Below, one piece after another: positions 1 through 11,529 of a stretch of DNA of 64,000 nt. The notes beneath the pieces are model-generated. The model was not told the origin of the DNA and did no database searches. It saw only the letters and a list, made by a program, of their open reading frames with translations. The DNA is from Opitutales bacterium (GTDB lineage Bacteria; Verrucomicrobiota; Verrucomicrobiia; Opitutales; Opitutaceae), in contig JBBQEG010000001.1 of NCBI GenBank assembly GCA_038320495.1, positions 11,652 to 75,651 on the forward strand, in the 5' to 3' direction. The position numbers were made by a program, and so were the translations under genes. Position 1 is the first letter of the stretch. Each line of letters starts with the position of its first letter.

Positions 1-2
1 CA

Positions 3-833
3 TTCAATGAAAAGCACAACGAGGCCAACGGCGAAAACAACCAGGATGGCGATAACAACAACCACTCTTGGAACTGCGGCTACGAAGGCCTGGATGCGCC
101 GGAGGAGGTTTTGATTCTGCGTCGCCGCATGCAACGAAACTTTCTTGCCACCCTGTTTCTTTCTCAAGGCGTTCCGATGATGCGGGCGGGCGACGAATAT
201 GGCGCCACCCAGCAGGGAAATAATAATGCCTATTGTCAGGACAACGCCATCAGCTGGCTCTCATGGCACCGCGACGAGCATGCGCAGCGGCTGACGAGTT
301 ATACATCCCGGCTCATTCATTTCCGCCTGGCCCATCCGATCTTTCGTCAGCCCCATTTCTTCAAAGGACACGATCTCCATGGGATTGGAATGAAGGATTT
401 AACCTGGATCAACGTGGACGGGACGGAGATGACCGACGAAGCGTGGACCACGAATGGCCATGAGATTCTGGGCCTGATGCTCTGCGGGGACGCGATGAAC
501 CTTTTTGACTATAGGGGCGAGGTGGTAACTGACGGCACGTATCTGCTGTTCTGCAACGCGCACCACGAGGATGTTGAAATCGGCCTGCCGGGAAACCCCA
601 ACGTGCGCTGGCGACTCATACTTGATACCAAAGAAGAGACGGGTTGGGTCGATCAAGGAGTGATTGAGACGGGCGGCGGATCAAGGCTCATGATTGCTCG
701 CTCCTTCAACCTTTTCGAACAACAAGGCGGAACGGTCGAGGAGGCGCGTGATGTGCGCGGGCGACGGATGTTGAGGGACTCGCGCCCGCCCAGCCAACCG
801 CCGCCAAAATCAGGGCCGGGCGAGACACGGTAA
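3..833 (+). CDS. glgX: Glycogen debranching enzyme, C-terminal part (5' end outside window)
   Basis: SWNCG, LFLSQGVPM..GDE..TQQGNNNAYCQDN motifs of GH13 isoamylase; adjacent to treZ. Confidence 0.93.
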   Translation, partial: FNEKHNEANGENNQDGDNNNHSWNCGYEGLDAPEEVLILRRRMQRNFLATLFLSQGVPMMRAGDEYGATQQGNNNAYCQDNAISWLSWHRDEHAQRLTSYTSRLIHFRLAHPIFRQPHFFKGHDLHGIGMKDLTWINVDGTEMTDEAWTTNGHEILGLMLCGDAMNLFDYRGEVVTDGTYLLFCNAHHEDVEIGLPGNPNVRWRLILDTKEETGWVDQGVIETGGGSRLMIARSFNLFEQQGGTVEEARDVRGRRMLRDSRPPSQPPPKSGPGETR

Positions 834-893
834 CTTCGCAGCCTAAGTGAGAATTTCCCGGAACGCAGCGCCCTCGATCGCTACGAAAAACGC

Positions 894-2732
894 ATGGTTA
901 CTCATGTTCTGCCTCCGATAACGATTCGGCCTGGTCTCGCGTTTCTCCCCGTTGGGGCACATCTGCACGATGGAGGGGTTACGTTCCGGGTTTGGGCGCC
1001 CAAGCACCGGCATGTCCGTGTGGCCACGGGCGACGGAACGACGACGCGCTACATCGTCCTCGAACGGGATGAGTCGGGTTTCTTCACCGGCCGCGATGAA
1101 CATGGCCGGGCGCGGGATACGTATTGGTGCCAGTTGGACGAGCAGCTCGCAGCCGATCCGGCTTCGCGCTTTCAGCCCACCGGAGTGGACGGCCCGTCGC
1201 AGGTGGTTGACCCCGCTGTCTATCCCTGGCGCATCGATGACTGGCAGCGCCCGTCGATGCGGGGCCGCGTAATCTACGAGCTGCACGTGGGAACGTTCAC
1301 GCCCTCCGGGACGTTTGCGGAGGCGATCGAACGACTCGATTACCTCCGCGATCTGGGGGTGAATACGATTGAGTTGATGCCGCTGGCTGAGTTCGCGGGG
1401 CGGAGGAACTGGGGCTATGACGGCGTGATGCTGTTTGCGCCGTCCCATCACTATGGCACCCCGGATGAGCTGCGGGCGCTGATCGATGCGGCGCACGAAC
1501 GGGGCCTCGCAGTCATGATCGATGTTGTCTATAATCACCTGGGGCCCTGTGGTAATGTGTTGCCTAGTTATTCGGATGATTACGTGCACCCGGAGAAGGA
1601 AAGCCTCTGGGGCTCAGGGCTTAATTTTGATGGCGCGAACTCGCGCCCGGTGCGTGAGTTTTTTCTGCAGAACGCGTGTATGTGGATGGATGAATACCGG
1701 GTGGACGGGTTGAGATTGGATGCGGTTCACGCGATTCACGATCGCAGCACGCCGCACGTAATTGCCGAAGTGGCGGCGGCCGCGCATGCCCGGGGAGCGT
1801 TTGTCGTCGCGGAGGATGACCGAAACGAGTCGCAGATCATTACCTCGGTTACAGACGGTGGGTGGGGCGTTGATGGGATGTGGGCGGATGATTTCCATCA
1901 TGCCGCACGGGTGGCGATCACGCGGCAAACGGAGGCACACTTCGCGAATTACTCCGGCAGCTTGGACGAGATCGTGGAAACCCTTCGCGCCGGATGGTTT
2001 TACCGAGGACAATATTATCGCGGTTGGAAACGACCGCGGGGCACCGATCCCAGCCAGCGGCCCCCAGAGCAGTTTGTCCTGTGTATATCGAATCACGATC
2101 AAGTGGGAAACCGTCCCATGGGTGACCGCTTGAGCAACGTGATTTCGGCTGAGCAGTATCGGGCGTTGTCGATGTTGCTTTGCTTCGTGCCGTACACGCC
2201 GCTGCTTTTCATGGGCCAGGAGTGGGCTGCCGCAACCCCGTTTCCGTTCTTTACCGATCATCCCGGCGAAGTCGGCGCTAACATGGCGAAGTACCGTCAG
2301 CAGGAGTTTGCCCACGTGGGGGCGGCTTATTCGTCGGAGGTACTGGCACAAATGCCGGATCCGCAGGCGGAGACTACGTTTGTGTCCGCGAAACTTGATT
2401 GGGCCGAGCGCGAGCGCCCTCCGCATGCCGGTGTACTGGGGTTATATCGGGAATGCCTGCGGCTGCGGGCAGGGCACCCTGTCTTCCAATCGCCTGGCCG
2501 GGACCACTGGCAGGTGGAGAAACGCGGTGAGGTGGGGCTCGCGTTGCGGTGGCACGGGCCGGGGGACGAGTGGGCGTTGATTCTGGCGTTGCAACCGGGG
2601 GTGGACTTTGTGGCTCCCGATCTTCGCGACGGCTGGTCGCGCATCCTGGACAGCAACGAGGTGCGATTTGGCGGGAACGAGACGAATGCCGTGCGCAGTC
2701 CCGGCGCGGTTTTGTGGCGGAAGTCGGTCTAA
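894..2732 (+). CDS. treZ: Malto-oligosyltrehalose trehalohydrolase
   Basis: FRVWAP, YELHVGTFT, NWGYDGV, DGLRLDAVHAI, NHDQVGNR motifs. Confidence 0.93.
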   Translation: MVTHVLPPITIRPGLAFLPVGAHLHDGGVTFRVWAPKHRHVRVATGDGTTTRYIVLERDESGFFTGRDEHGRARDTYWCQLDEQLAADPASRFQPTGVDGPSQVVDPAVYPWRIDDWQRPSMRGRVIYELHVGTFTPSGTFAEAIERLDYLRDLGVNTIELMPLAEFAGRRNWGYDGVMLFAPSHHYGTPDELRALIDAAHERGLAVMIDVVYNHLGPCGNVLPSYSDDYVHPEKESLWGSGLNFDGANSRPVREFFLQNACMWMDEYRVDGLRLDAVHAIHDRSTPHVIAEVAAAAHARGAFVVAEDDRNESQIITSVTDGGWGVDGMWADDFHHAARVAITRQTEAHFANYSGSLDEIVETLRAGWFYRGQYYRGWKRPRGTDPSQRPPEQFVLCISNHDQVGNRPMGDRLSNVISAEQYRALSMLLCFVPYTPLLFMGQEWAAATPFPFFTDHPGEVGANMAKYRQQEFAHVGAAYSSEVLAQMPDPQAETTFVSAKLDWAERERPPHAGVLGLYRECLRLRAGHPVFQSPGRDHWQVEKRGEVGLALRWHGPGDEWALILALQPGVDFVAPDLRDGWSRILDSNEVRFGGNETNAVRSPGAVLWRKSV

Positions 2733-2851
2733 CTCATCGCGTCGGCCACGAGACGGGGAGAGGGACTGCCGATGGCGCAGAAAATGAACGCGGTTTACTT
2801 CTCGACCGGCACTTGGGGAACGCGCGGCCGTGCGCTGGGTCTGCGCGTGGA

Positions 2852-3652
2852 ATGAGTTTAATCGCCGAACCTCCCGAGGCTCACGCGAATGGCTTGAATG
2901 CCGCTTCCTTGATGGAAGCGCGATGGAGCGCGCTTATCCCCGCGGCCCAGTGGACGGTCTTTCTGTCCGGCACCGGCGCCTTTGAGTCGGCCGGAATTCC
3001 ATTTCTGCTGCATGGTGCGCTGGCGCTGGCGACGTATACAGGCCACTGGCGGAACACGAAGGACGTGGATGTCGTTTTGCGCGCGAGCGATCACGAGCGC
3101 GCCATCGCGGTGCTTCAGAGTGCTGGGTTCGAGGATTACTTTGACCGCGAATCGTACGACCGGAAGTGGATCTTCCGGGGGTTCAAGGATGGGGTGTTAT
3201 TCGACGTTATCTGGGCGTTGCCAAACGAGAGGGTGGAGATCGACGACCAGTGGTTTCGGAGGGCCCAGCCGCTTTGGCTGAGGGGACGGGTATATGCATC
3301 GGTACCGCCCGAAGAACTCGTGCGAGTGAAACTTTACGTGATGCAGCGTGAGCGCTGTGACTGGGTTGATGTGCTGAATGTATTGGCGGCGGCGGCGGAC
3401 CGCATGGACTGGGCGTGGCTCGTCGAGCGAATGGGACGAGATTTGCCGCTCCTGCAGGGTGTCCTCTCGGTGTTCAACTGGATGTGCCCGACTCGCGCGA
3501 GCGCCCTGCCAGGTTGGTTGCGGGATCAATTCGCCCTCGTTCCCGTTGAGTCCGACAATCTGGCGGCGGTTGAGTCGCGGCGCGTGCGACTCTTCGATAG
3601 CCGGCCGTGGTTTGCCTTGCATCAACCCTTGGATCAGCCGCTGGATCGCTGA
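2852..3652 (+). CDS. Uncharacterised nucleotidyltransferase-family protein
   Basis: GALALATYTG..RNTKDVDV Pol-beta-like signature; start placed at ATG 2852. Confidence 0.7.
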   Translation: MSLIAEPPEAHANGLNAASLMEARWSALIPAAQWTVFLSGTGAFESAGIPFLLHGALALATYTGHWRNTKDVDVVLRASDHERAIAVLQSAGFEDYFDRESYDRKWIFRGFKDGVLFDVIWALPNERVEIDDQWFRRAQPLWLRGRVYASVPPEELVRVKLYVMQRERCDWVDVLNVLAAAADRMDWAWLVERMGRDLPLLQGVLSVFNWMCPTRASALPGWLRDQFALVPVESDNLAAVESRRVRLFDSRPWFALHQPLDQPLDR

Positions 3653-3666
3653 CGGGAAAAGCCTTT

Positions 3667-4446
3667 ATGTTAATTGGCGCAATGAATCATCCCGGACTCC
3701 CGCTCGAAGACGAGCTGGCATGGATGGCGGAACTGGAACTCGATTTTATAGACCTCACGCTGGAACCACCAGCGGTGGCGACGTGGCAGTTGAAGGCGTC
3801 CGAGGTATCAACCTTGATTCGCGAGCATGGCTTCGGAGTGGTCGGCCATACCGCGTATTATTTGCCGATCGGGTCCTCGTTTGAAAGTCTTCGCCGCGCC
3901 GCAATCGACGAGTTGAAGCGGGCTGCCGAGTTCTTTGCCGAGGTGGGCGCACGCTGGATGAATGTGCATCCAGACGGGCACGCGCCCTTTGTGGATGAGC
4001 GCACGATTGTACAGCGGAATATTGACTCTCTCCGCGACGTCGCAGAGTTCGCGCGCTCGGTCGGCGTCGGGGTGATGATCGAAAACGTGCCGGGGCGATT
4101 CAACTCGGCGGTACAACTTGCTCCGATTCTGGATGCGATTCCCGGGAGTGCTTTGCACCTTGATATTGGCCATTGTAATTTGTCGGTGACGCAGAATACC
4201 GCGAGTGAACTCATCGAGCGTTTCATCGACCGGCTCGCGCATGTTCACCTGCATGACAACCGCGGTGGCCACGCCGATCTTCATCTGGCGCTCGGCATGG
4301 GCAACCTTGATGTGGCGGGCTACGTGCGGCAGTTGCGCGCCAGTGGCTACGACGACACCATTACGCTCGAGGTTTTTGCGCCGGATCGCCATTTTCTCGC
4401 GTACAGTCGGGATCGGCTGCGGGCCTGGTGGGATACCGCGGCTTGA
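3667..4446 (+). CDS. Sugar-phosphate isomerase/epimerase (xylose isomerase-like TIM barrel)
   Basis: IENVP, LDIGH, HVHLHDN, TLEV metal-binding motifs. Confidence 0.85.
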   Translation: MLIGAMNHPGLPLEDELAWMAELELDFIDLTLEPPAVATWQLKASEVSTLIREHGFGVVGHTAYYLPIGSSFESLRRAAIDELKRAAEFFAEVGARWMNVHPDGHAPFVDERTIVQRNIDSLRDVAEFARSVGVGVMIENVPGRFNSAVQLAPILDAIPGSALHLDIGHCNLSVTQNTASELIERFIDRLAHVHLHDNRGGHADLHLALGMGNLDVAGYVRQLRASGYDDTITLEVFAPDRHFLAYSRDRLRAWWDTAA

Positions 4447-4554
4447 GCATGTGAGGTGCCGGTAAAACTCGCGGGGATGTATCCGCGGCAGAGTTTCGCC
4501 GCAAAACTCTGCTTGGATTTGGCGAGGGCGGGCGTAAGTGTCCGCCCTTCCAAA

Positions 4555-5916
4555 ATGAAAATATGCTGTATCGGTGCGGGTTACGTCGGTGGACCAACCA
4601 TGGCGATGATGGCGCTAAAGGCGCCGAAAATCGACGTTTACGTCGTGGACATGAATGCCGCGCGGATTGCGGCATGGAAATCCGACACCCTGCCGATCTA
4701 TGAGCCTGGGCTGGATGAGATCGTGCGCCAAACCCGCGGGAAGAATCTTTTCTTCTCCACGGACGTGGTGGGGGCGATCCGTGATGCCGATGTGATTTTC
4801 GTGGCGGTCAACACCCCGACCAAAACCTATGGAGTGGGCGCGGGTCGCGCAGCGGACATGCGCTATATTGAATTGGTCGCGCGGACCATTGCGGAGCACG
4901 CAAATGGACCAAAGATCATCGTGGAAAAATCGACGATCCCGGTGAAGACGGCCGAAACGATCAAGACCATCCTCGCGGCAAATTCCGGCGCGCATATGTT
5001 CGAGGTGCTGTCCAATCCCGAGTTCTTGGCTGAAGGGACCGCGATAGCCGATTTAACGGAGCCTGATCGGGTATTGATTGGGGGCGAACGCACGCCGACG
5101 GGAGAGGCGGCGATTCAGGTTTTGGCGGACATCTATGCGCACTGGGTGCCCCGGGAGCGCATTATTACGACCAATCTCTGGTCTTCGGAGCTATCCAAGC
5201 TGGTTGCGAATGCCTTCCTCGCGCAGCGGATTTCTTCGATCAACTCGATTTCCGCCCTGTGTGAAGCGACGGGTGCGGATGTGGATGAAGTGGCGAACGC
5301 GATTGGTAGGGATTCCCGCATCGGTTCGAAATTCCTGAAGGCCTCCGTCGGTTTCGGCGGATCCTGTTTTCAGAAAGACATTTTGAATCTGGTCTATCTC
5401 TGCGAGAGCTTCGCGTTGCCGGAGGTCGCCGCGTACTGGGAAGGCGTCGTGAAGATGAACGACTGGCAGAAGCACCGCTTCGCCGCCCGCATCGTGCGCT
5501 CGTTGTTCAATAGTGTGGCGGGCAAGAAAATCGCCGTGTTGGGTTTTGCCTTCAAGAAGGATACTAACGACACCCGGGAATCGCCGGCGATTTCGGTCTG
5601 CCGCGACCTAATCTCGGAGCAAGCGCAGGTGGTGATCTATGATCCCAAAGTCCCGGCGGCGGAAATCCGCGCGGAAGTATTGGGTAAAGACGGAGATGGC
5701 TCCCGGTTGACGATTGTGCACACGGCGTACGAAGCGGCTGCCGATGCGCATGCCATTGCGGTGGTCACCGAATGGGACGAATTCAAGCACTTGGACTACG
5801 CGAAGGTGTTCGAAGCGATGAAGCAACCGGCGTTTATCTTTGACGGCCGCAACATCCTCGATCTGCCGAAGCTGAAGCAGATTGGCTTCCGCGTTTCCGG
5901 AATCGGCAAGTGCTGA
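4555..5916 (+). CDS. ugd: UDP-glucose 6-dehydrogenase
   Basis: [31 protein letters not shown] motifs. Confidence 0.95.
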   Translation: MKICCIGAGYVGGPTMAMMALKAPKIDVYVVDMNAARIAAWKSDTLPIYEPGLDEIVRQTRGKNLFFSTDVVGAIRDADVIFVAVNTPTKTYGVGAGRAADMRYIELVARTIAEHANGPKIIVEKSTIPVKTAETIKTILAANSGAHMFEVLSNPEFLAEGTAIADLTEPDRVLIGGERTPTGEAAIQVLADIYAHWVPRERIITTNLWSSELSKLVANAFLAQRISSINSISALCEATGADVDEVANAIGRDSRIGSKFLKASVGFGGSCFQKDILNLVYLCESFALPEVAAYWEGVVKMNDWQKHRFAARIVRSLFNSVAGKKIAVLGFAFKKDTNDTRESPAISVCRDLISEQAQVVIYDPKVPAAEIRAEVLGKDGDGSRLTIVHTAYEAAADAHAIAVVTEWDEFKHLDYAKVFEAMKQPAFIFDGRNILDLPKLKQIGFRVSGIGKC

Positions 5917-5949
5917 ACGCGGGAGCGGGTTGAGGGTCAATCGACCGGT

Positions 5950-6975
5950 TTATTCGAGGAACGAGGCCTGCTGGGGGAGGAGCGCGGCACGCTTGGCGGC
6001 TTCCTCTTCGGGGGTTGGATTCAGGTGACGCGGAGGGCGGGACGCCTTGAGCGCGACTGCAGCTTCGCGGTCAGTTACGATACGGTCGCAGATCTGATGG
6101 ACGTGCAGCCGCAACCACTGGGACGTACTGGATTCGGGTCGGTAATCCGCGGGTCCGTAGCCGTGGATGCGGCCAGACTGGAGCAGGCGATCGTTCTGTT
6201 CGAACTCGGCTGGTTTTTCCGGATTATAGACCGCGTAAGCGCGACCGCCGCCATTCTTCACCACGGAAAAACTCGGCACATCGCTGGGGCCGTCGGCGAT
6301 GTAAATCATGTTCTGGATCGGGATCCGCCGGTCCTCGGCGGCCATCTTGGAGTTGACGTCGATTGCCGGGTTTTTGTTGGTGCCCTTGTTGATCTCGAAA
6401 ATGGCGCGGGTCTTCGTGGTATTGTCGATGACCATGCCGATTTGCGCGATTTCGGAACTGGCGTCGAGGGTGAGCTCCTTTTGGCGGAGGAAGCCAGGTT
6501 GCAGCGGGTTCTCGACGAACTCGCATGCCCAAATGCCGTCGACGTGTTTGGCAATCGCGCTGCCGCGGATCATTGAAGCGATGCCGGTGCTCACGATGTA
6601 ATGCTCCATCGTAATATCGTGTTTCACATACTCTGGCCGCTCGTGGACGAACGACTGCACGCGATTGAAGAAATCCGGCAAACCGGGGTAGAAGCGGATA
6701 TCGGAACCGCAGTCGAAAAGGATCTTGTTGTTCAACCCGCCGAGACGGCCGGCGAGGACGTAGGTCAGAAGGTGGTTGAGATAGGCGATTTCCGGGGAGA
6801 GGTGGTAACCGCGGCGTTTGTAGTGCTCGGCCAGTTTATTTGTCTCCTCCCAAAACGTTGCCTCATCGAGGCCGTAGCGCCGGAAAAGCGGGGATTGCAT
6901 GTATTCCGGGATTAACGTCTTGTCGAAATCCCAGATGCACGCGATGGTGTTTTGAGTGAAGAGTGTCGTGGCCAT
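5950..6975 (-). CDS. HAD-superfamily hydrolase
   Basis: WDFDKTL motif I, IVSTG motif [12 protein letters not shown] motif IV. Confidence 0.85.
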   Translation of the reverse strand: MATTLFTQNTIACIWDFDKTLIPEYMQSPLFRRYGLDEATFWEETNKLAEHYKRRGYHLSPEIAYLNHLLTYVLAGRLGGLNNKILFDCGSDIRFYPGLPDFFNRVQSFVHERPEYVKHDITMEHYIVSTGIASMIRGSAIAKHVDGIWACEFVENPLQPGFLRQKELTLDASSEIAQIGMVIDNTTKTRAIFEINKGTNKNPAIDVNSKMAAEDRRIPIQNMIYIADGPSDVPSFSVVKNGGGRAYAVYNPEKPAEFEQNDRLLQSGRIHGYGPADYRPESSTSQWLRLHVHQICDRIVTDREAAVALKASRPPRHLNPTPEEEAAKRAALLPQQASFLE

Positions 6976-7088
6976 TGCTAAACAAAACTGCCGGGCAGAT
7001 CGCCGGGCGTAAAGTGCTGCCAGTGCTAGCGCAACCGCTGGCGTGCGCAATTCGCAAATCCCAGTCTGGCCGACTCGTAATCACCTTA

Positions 7089-8207
7089 ATGGACGAACTT
7101 CCTGATCTCGCCCCGTTTCAGCGCCGCCTTGAAGAACTCGCGGCGCAGATCGCAGCGCCCTCGTTTTATGGCAATCCCCGCCGGGCAGCCGACGTGACGC
7201 GCGAACACCAAAAGCTCACCGAACTCATTTCGGACTATCACTCCTTTGAGCGACTCGAGCGCGAAATCGCGGAAGCCGAGGCCTTGGGTAGTGAAGGCGG
7301 AGCGGATCCCGAACTGCGCGAACTCGCGGCGGCCGAGATTCCGGATCTGGAGCGACGCCGGGCGGCTTTGCGCGAGGCCGTGCTGCTGGCGATGATCCCG
7401 CCGGATCCCACCGATTCGCGCAGTACCGTGATGGAGATCCGGGCGGGCACGGGCGGCGACGAAGCCAGCTTGTTTGCCGCGGAACTGTTTCGGGCGTATT
7501 CAAAATATGCGGACGCCCACGGCTGGAAGATTCAGCCGATGAGTAGCAGCACCTCGGAGCGCGGTGGCTTCAAGGAAGTGATCTTTCTGATCTCCGGCAC
7601 GGACGTGTACAAACAGCTCAAGTTCGAAAGCGGCGTGCATCGCGTGCAGCGCGTGCCCGTGACCGAGGCGAACGGACGGATCCACACGTCCACTATCACG
7701 GTGGCGGTGTTGCCGGAAGCGGAGGAGGTCGATGTGCAGATCGATCCGCAAGAGCTCGAAATCACGGTAACCCGCGCGAGTGGACCGGGCGGGCAGGGGG
7801 TCAACACGACGGATTCGGCGGTACAGATTATCCACAAACCGACGGGGCTGATCGTGCTATGCGCGGATGAACGTTCGCAGCTGAAGAACAAAGCCAAAGC
7901 CATGACCGTACTGCGTTCGCGCCTGCTCAAGCGGCGTGAGGACGAAGAGAAGGCGAAGTATGCCGCTGCGCGCCGCAGCCAGATCGGATCAGGGGATCGC
8001 AGTGAGCGGATCCGGACCTATAATTTCCCGCAGAACCGACTGACCGATCATCGCATTGGGCTGACCCTTTACAGTCTGCCGCAAGTAATGGAAGGGCAGC
8101 TCGATCCAATCATCACCGCGTTGAAGAAAGCGGACTATGAAGAGAAACTCGCGGCGTTGACCGGGCATGATTTTACCCCGGTACGTTCCATGTCAGACGA
8201 CGATTGA
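7089..8207 (+). CDS. prfA: Peptide chain release factor 1
   Basis: PVT specificity motif, [13 protein letters not shown]; directly upstream of prmC. Confidence 0.96.
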   Translation: MDELPDLAPFQRRLEELAAQIAAPSFYGNPRRAADVTREHQKLTELISDYHSFERLEREIAEAEALGSEGGADPELRELAAAEIPDLERRRAALREAVLLAMIPPDPTDSRSTVMEIRAGTGGDEASLFAAELFRAYSKYADAHGWKIQPMSSSTSERGGFKEVIFLISGTDVYKQLKFESGVHRVQRVPVTEANGRIHTSTITVAVLPEAEEVDVQIDPQELEITVTRASGPGGQGVNTTDSAVQIIHKPTGLIVLCADERSQLKNKAKAMTVLRSRLLKRREDEEKAKYAAARRSQIGSGDRSERIRTYNFPQNRLTDHRIGLTLYSLPQVMEGQLDPIITALKKADYEEKLAALTGHDFTPVRSMSDDD

Positions 8208-8208
8208 G

Positions 8209-9090
8209 ATGCTGACCGTTCTGGAGATCATCAAGCGCACGACCGAGTTCTTTGTCGGCAAAGGCATTGAATCGCCGCGGCTCAACGCCGAGCTGCTGAT
8301 CGGGCACGCGCTCAATCGCAAGCGGATGCAGCTGTACCTGGAGTTTGAGCGCCCGCTCAGCGAGGTGGAGTTGGAGGGCATTCGCCCGCTCGTGCGTCGG
8401 CGTGCGCAACATGAACCCCTTCAATACGTGCTCGGGAGCACGGAGTTTCACGGCCTGAAATTGAAAGTGGACCGGCGGGCTCTCATCCCGCGGCCGGAGA
8501 CCGAACTGCTCGTCGAGTTTATCGTCGCGGCGGCTCCGGCTGGAACGGAGCGTATCCTGGATCTGGGGACAGGGTCCGGTGCCATCGCGTTGGCTCTGGC
8601 GAAGGCATTTCCTTCGGCGGAGGTGGTTGCGGTCGATGTGAGTCAGGAGGCGCTCGCTCTCGCACGAGAGAACACGGTTGCGAGCGATTTAAGCGGGCGC
8701 CTCACGTTACTCGAATCGGATTGGTTTGCCCGGGTGCCACGGGAACAGCCCTTTGATTTGATCGTCGCGAACCCGCCCTATCTGACCGCAGAGGAGACCG
8801 CGCAGACCTCGCTTGAAGTGCGTGGCTTTGAACCCGCAGGGGCCCTTACCGCAGCTGAAAACGGCCTGGCTGACCTTCGGCGGATTATCGCGGAAGCGCC
8901 GGCGTTCCTACGCGAGGGAGGCTTATTGGCGTTGGAAACGGGAATCGCGCAACATGCGGTATTACTCGAGCTGATCACTGCAGCGGGTTATGTCGGAGGC
9001 GAATCGCGGCGGGATTTAACGGGTCGTGATCGTTTTATCCTGGCAAGGCGTGCGGGAGGGACTGCCACCGGCTCCGCCCCTGCCGTTTGA
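8209..9090 (+). CDS. prmC: Release factor glutamine methyltransferase
   Basis: LIPRPETE, DLGTGSG, NPPY motifs. Confidence 0.95.
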   Translation: MLTVLEIIKRTTEFFVGKGIESPRLNAELLIGHALNRKRMQLYLEFERPLSEVELEGIRPLVRRRAQHEPLQYVLGSTEFHGLKLKVDRRALIPRPETELLVEFIVAAAPAGTERILDLGTGSGAIALALAKAFPSAEVVAVDVSQEALALARENTVASDLSGRLTLLESDWFARVPREQPFDLIVANPPYLTAEETAQTSLEVRGFEPAGALTAAENGLADLRRIIAEAPAFLREGGLLALETGIAQHAVLLELITAAGYVGGESRRDLTGRDRFILARRAGGTATGSAPAV

Positions 9091-9106
9091 CTGGAAGATG
9101 GACGCT

Positions 9107-9138
9107 AAAGGCGGGCTCGGATCAGGCCCGCCTTTTTT
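9107..9138. terminator. Bidirectional intrinsic terminator between convergent prmC and prc
   Basis: aaaggcgggc/gcccgccttt stem, 9-nt loop, T-tract on + strand and short A-run on the left. Confidence 0.85.
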
Positions 9139-9163
9139 CACGCTCCGATGCTGCAGTGACGGC

Positions 9164-11371
9164 TCACCCGCCGGTGCCGGCGGCGGCCGTGAGCGGGGGA
9201 CGGTTGCTGGCCCACAGTTCACGATTCGCGGCGAGGTCGATGGCATCGCTGACAATCCGGACGGCCTCCCTGAGATGCACATCGGCCTTGGCCCACGTGC
9301 TTTCATCAAAGTCTTCGAGATCCTCTTCGTCGTCGTCCTTTTTGGGGGCGCGGATTCTCGGGGTTGGTGGCGGCCCGAGGTAGAAGGGAGTAAAGGCGTA
9401 GTCGTTCTTGGCGAGACGCTCTTTCTCAAGTTTCATCGCTTTGCGGAACGCATCGTCTTCTTCCTTCTGGCGCTTCCGCTCCTCGAGATTCAGGGAGATC
9501 TGCTTCTGTTCCTGGCGTTCCTTGAAGCGATCAACCGTCCGCCGGAGGTAAGTGAATTCCTCCAGTTTTGATTGTCGGTCGAGGCTGCCCTGACGCAGCG
9601 GAGCCAGGATCTTGGCCTCGAGGGGCGTGCCCTCGAACAGGCTCGTCTGGATCTTGTCCCAGACCAACGCCCTGGGCAGGTCGGACTCGCCGATCGGAAG
9701 GAAATCCTCGATCGAGGGCAGGATGATATCGGGAACGACGCCCTTGAGTTGGGTGGAGTCGCCGCTTGGAAGATAGTACTTCTGAATGGTGAACTTGGCG
9801 GCGCCGCTTTTCTGAGGAGCAATCAGCGGTTCACGCTGCATGATCTGTCTCATCTCGATCACTTGCTGCACGGAGCCTTTGCCATGCGTCGAGCTGTCGC
9901 CGATCACAACAGCGCGGCCATAATTCTGAAGGGCGCCTGCGACAATTTCAGACGCGGAGGCGCTGAAGCGATCCACCAGCACGGCGAGCGGTCCCGCGTA
10001 TGCGATCCGCGGATTGTTGTCGTTATCGACATGGATGTCACCGTTGTAACTTTTTACCTGCACCACGGGACCCTTGTTAATGAACAAACCCGCCAGTTCG
10101 ATGGCTTCGGTGAGAAAGCCGCCGCCGTTTCGGCGCAGATCGAGGACGAGACCGTTGATCCCTTGTTCCTTGAGCTGCTCAATCAAGCGGGCGACATCAC
10201 GGGATGCCGTGGTCTTTTCGCCGTCGGTGTCACCATCATCGGCCGGACCGTAGAAAGCCGGGAGGGAGATTACGCCCACCGTCTGCTCAACGCCCTCGGC
10301 GCCGGGCACTTTGAAGACAGCGGCACGAGCCCGCGCATTGTTCAGTTTGACGGTGTCACGAGTAATGATGATTTCGCGTCGGACCGAAGAGTCGCCAGCG
10401 TCGGAAGGCTGTACGAGCAAGTGGACTTGGGAGCCCTTTTTGCCGCGGATCAGGTCGACGATCTTGCGGAGCTTCATGCCGATGATTTCGACGGGCTCGC
10501 TTCCGTTTTGGCCGACGGAAATGATCTTGTCGTTAGGCTTCAGCTGGCCACCGACATCCGCGGGGCCGCCAGGTACGATCTCCCGGACGATACATTGATC
10601 GTCTTCGAGGCCGAGGAGCGCGCCAATGCCGACGAGCTGCAGCTTCATTTGGATACCGAAGTCTTCGTAGGTGGACGCCGAGAAATAGCTTGAATGAGGG
10701 TCGTACAGACGCGCGATGGTGGAGAGGAAGAGTTCGGCGAGGTCATTGCCCTCGATGTCATTCAAATTCTTTAGCATCCGCTCGTAACGCTTTTGAATAT
10801 TGGCCGTGGCCTCCTCTGGCGTCTTCTTGTTCAGGAGTTCGCCGACCATCTCGTATTTCAGCCGTTTGCGCCACAGTTCATCGGAGTCCGCCGGGGTGGC
10901 GGGCCATTCCGCTTTTGCGCGGTCCGCGCGATATGTTTCGCTGACGGTGAGATCGAACTCCTTCTTTAGTTCCTTCATGATCCAGGCGATGCGGGCTTCC
11001 ACCCGGGTCTGGTAGACATTGTATATTTCGTAAGCGGCGTTGATGTTGCCGAGGAAAGCGGTGTTGTAGTAAATGCTCTTCCCGTAGTCCTCCATGAACT
11101 TCTCCCGGTCAGTGCCGAGGAAGAACAGCCGCTGGCCGTCGAGATCGCCCATGTAATCCGGGATAACCTGAGCGTAGTCAGCAGGACGTACATTGTCGTG
11201 ATTGTAGTGGGCCTGCTCCAGTAGTTTGACGAGGGTGCTGGCCTCACGGGAGAGCGACTGGGCCGTGGAGAATTGCTTGCGATCGGTCGACGCGGCAAAA
11301 CTGGTGGCTAGCGTCAGCGCGAATGCGACCGAGACGCTGAGCCGGCGAAATAGACCAAGGGCGCGGATCAT
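9164..11371 (-). CDS. prc: Carboxy-terminal processing (tail-specific) protease, S41A
   Basis: Signal peptide, DPHS, PDZ domain, DLRRNGGG, SASASEI, HGKGSVQ; start may be 11407. Confidence 0.92.
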   Translation of the reverse strand: MIRALGLFRRLSVSVAFALTLATSFAASTDRKQFSTAQSLSREASTLVKLLEQAHYNHDNVRPADYAQVIPDYMGDLDGQRLFFLGTDREKFMEDYGKSIYYNTAFLGNINAAYEIYNVYQTRVEARIAWIMKELKKEFDLTVSETYRADRAKAEWPATPADSDELWRKRLKYEMVGELLNKKTPEEATANIQKRYERMLKNLNDIEGNDLAELFLSTIARLYDPHSSYFSASTYEDFGIQMKLQLVGIGALLGLEDDQCIVREIVPGGPADVGGQLKPNDKIISVGQNGSEPVEIIGMKLRKIVDLIRGKKGSQVHLLVQPSDAGDSSVRREIIITRDTVKLNNARARAAVFKVPGAEGVEQTVGVISLPAFYGPADDGDTDGEKTTASRDVARLIEQLKEQGINGLVLDLRRNGGGFLTEAIELAGLFINKGPVVQVKSYNGDIHVDNDNNPRIAYAGPLAVLVDRFSASASEIVAGALQNYGRAVVIGDSSTHGKGSVQQVIEMRQIMQREPLIAPQKSGAAKFTIQKYYLPSGDSTQLKGVVPDIILPSIEDFLPIGESDLPRALVWDKIQTSLFEGTPLEAKILAPLRQGSLDRQSKLEEFTYLRRTVDRFKERQEQKQISLNLEERKRQKEEDDAFRKAMKLEKERLAKNDYAFTPFYLGPPPTPRIRAPKKDDDEEDLEDFDESTWAKADVHLREAVRIVSDAIDLAANRELWASNRPPLTAAAGTGG

Positions 11372-11529
11372 GGTGGGTGAGATGGGAAATTGGGTGATTG
11401 GATTCACTCGCGGTTAAGACCAGGAATGACGTGCCCGATGGGTGGGAGTGGCGAAAATTCACCACGGGGCATAAAGGATGAAGGAGTTGGGCCGGTGCAA
11501 GGTCAGGACGAAAATGATCACAATGGGAC

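Noticed and set aside
2852-3652. Nucleotidyltransferase as a second CBASS cyclase or toxin
   Set aside because: Lacks the GS..R.T/DxD SMODS layout, has no effector neighbour and sits among glycogen/trehalose genes
9572-10693. Long antisense ORF over prc (similarly 21470-22522, 31744-32595, 13546-14445)
   Set aside because: Shadow frames of GC-rich genes with no motifs
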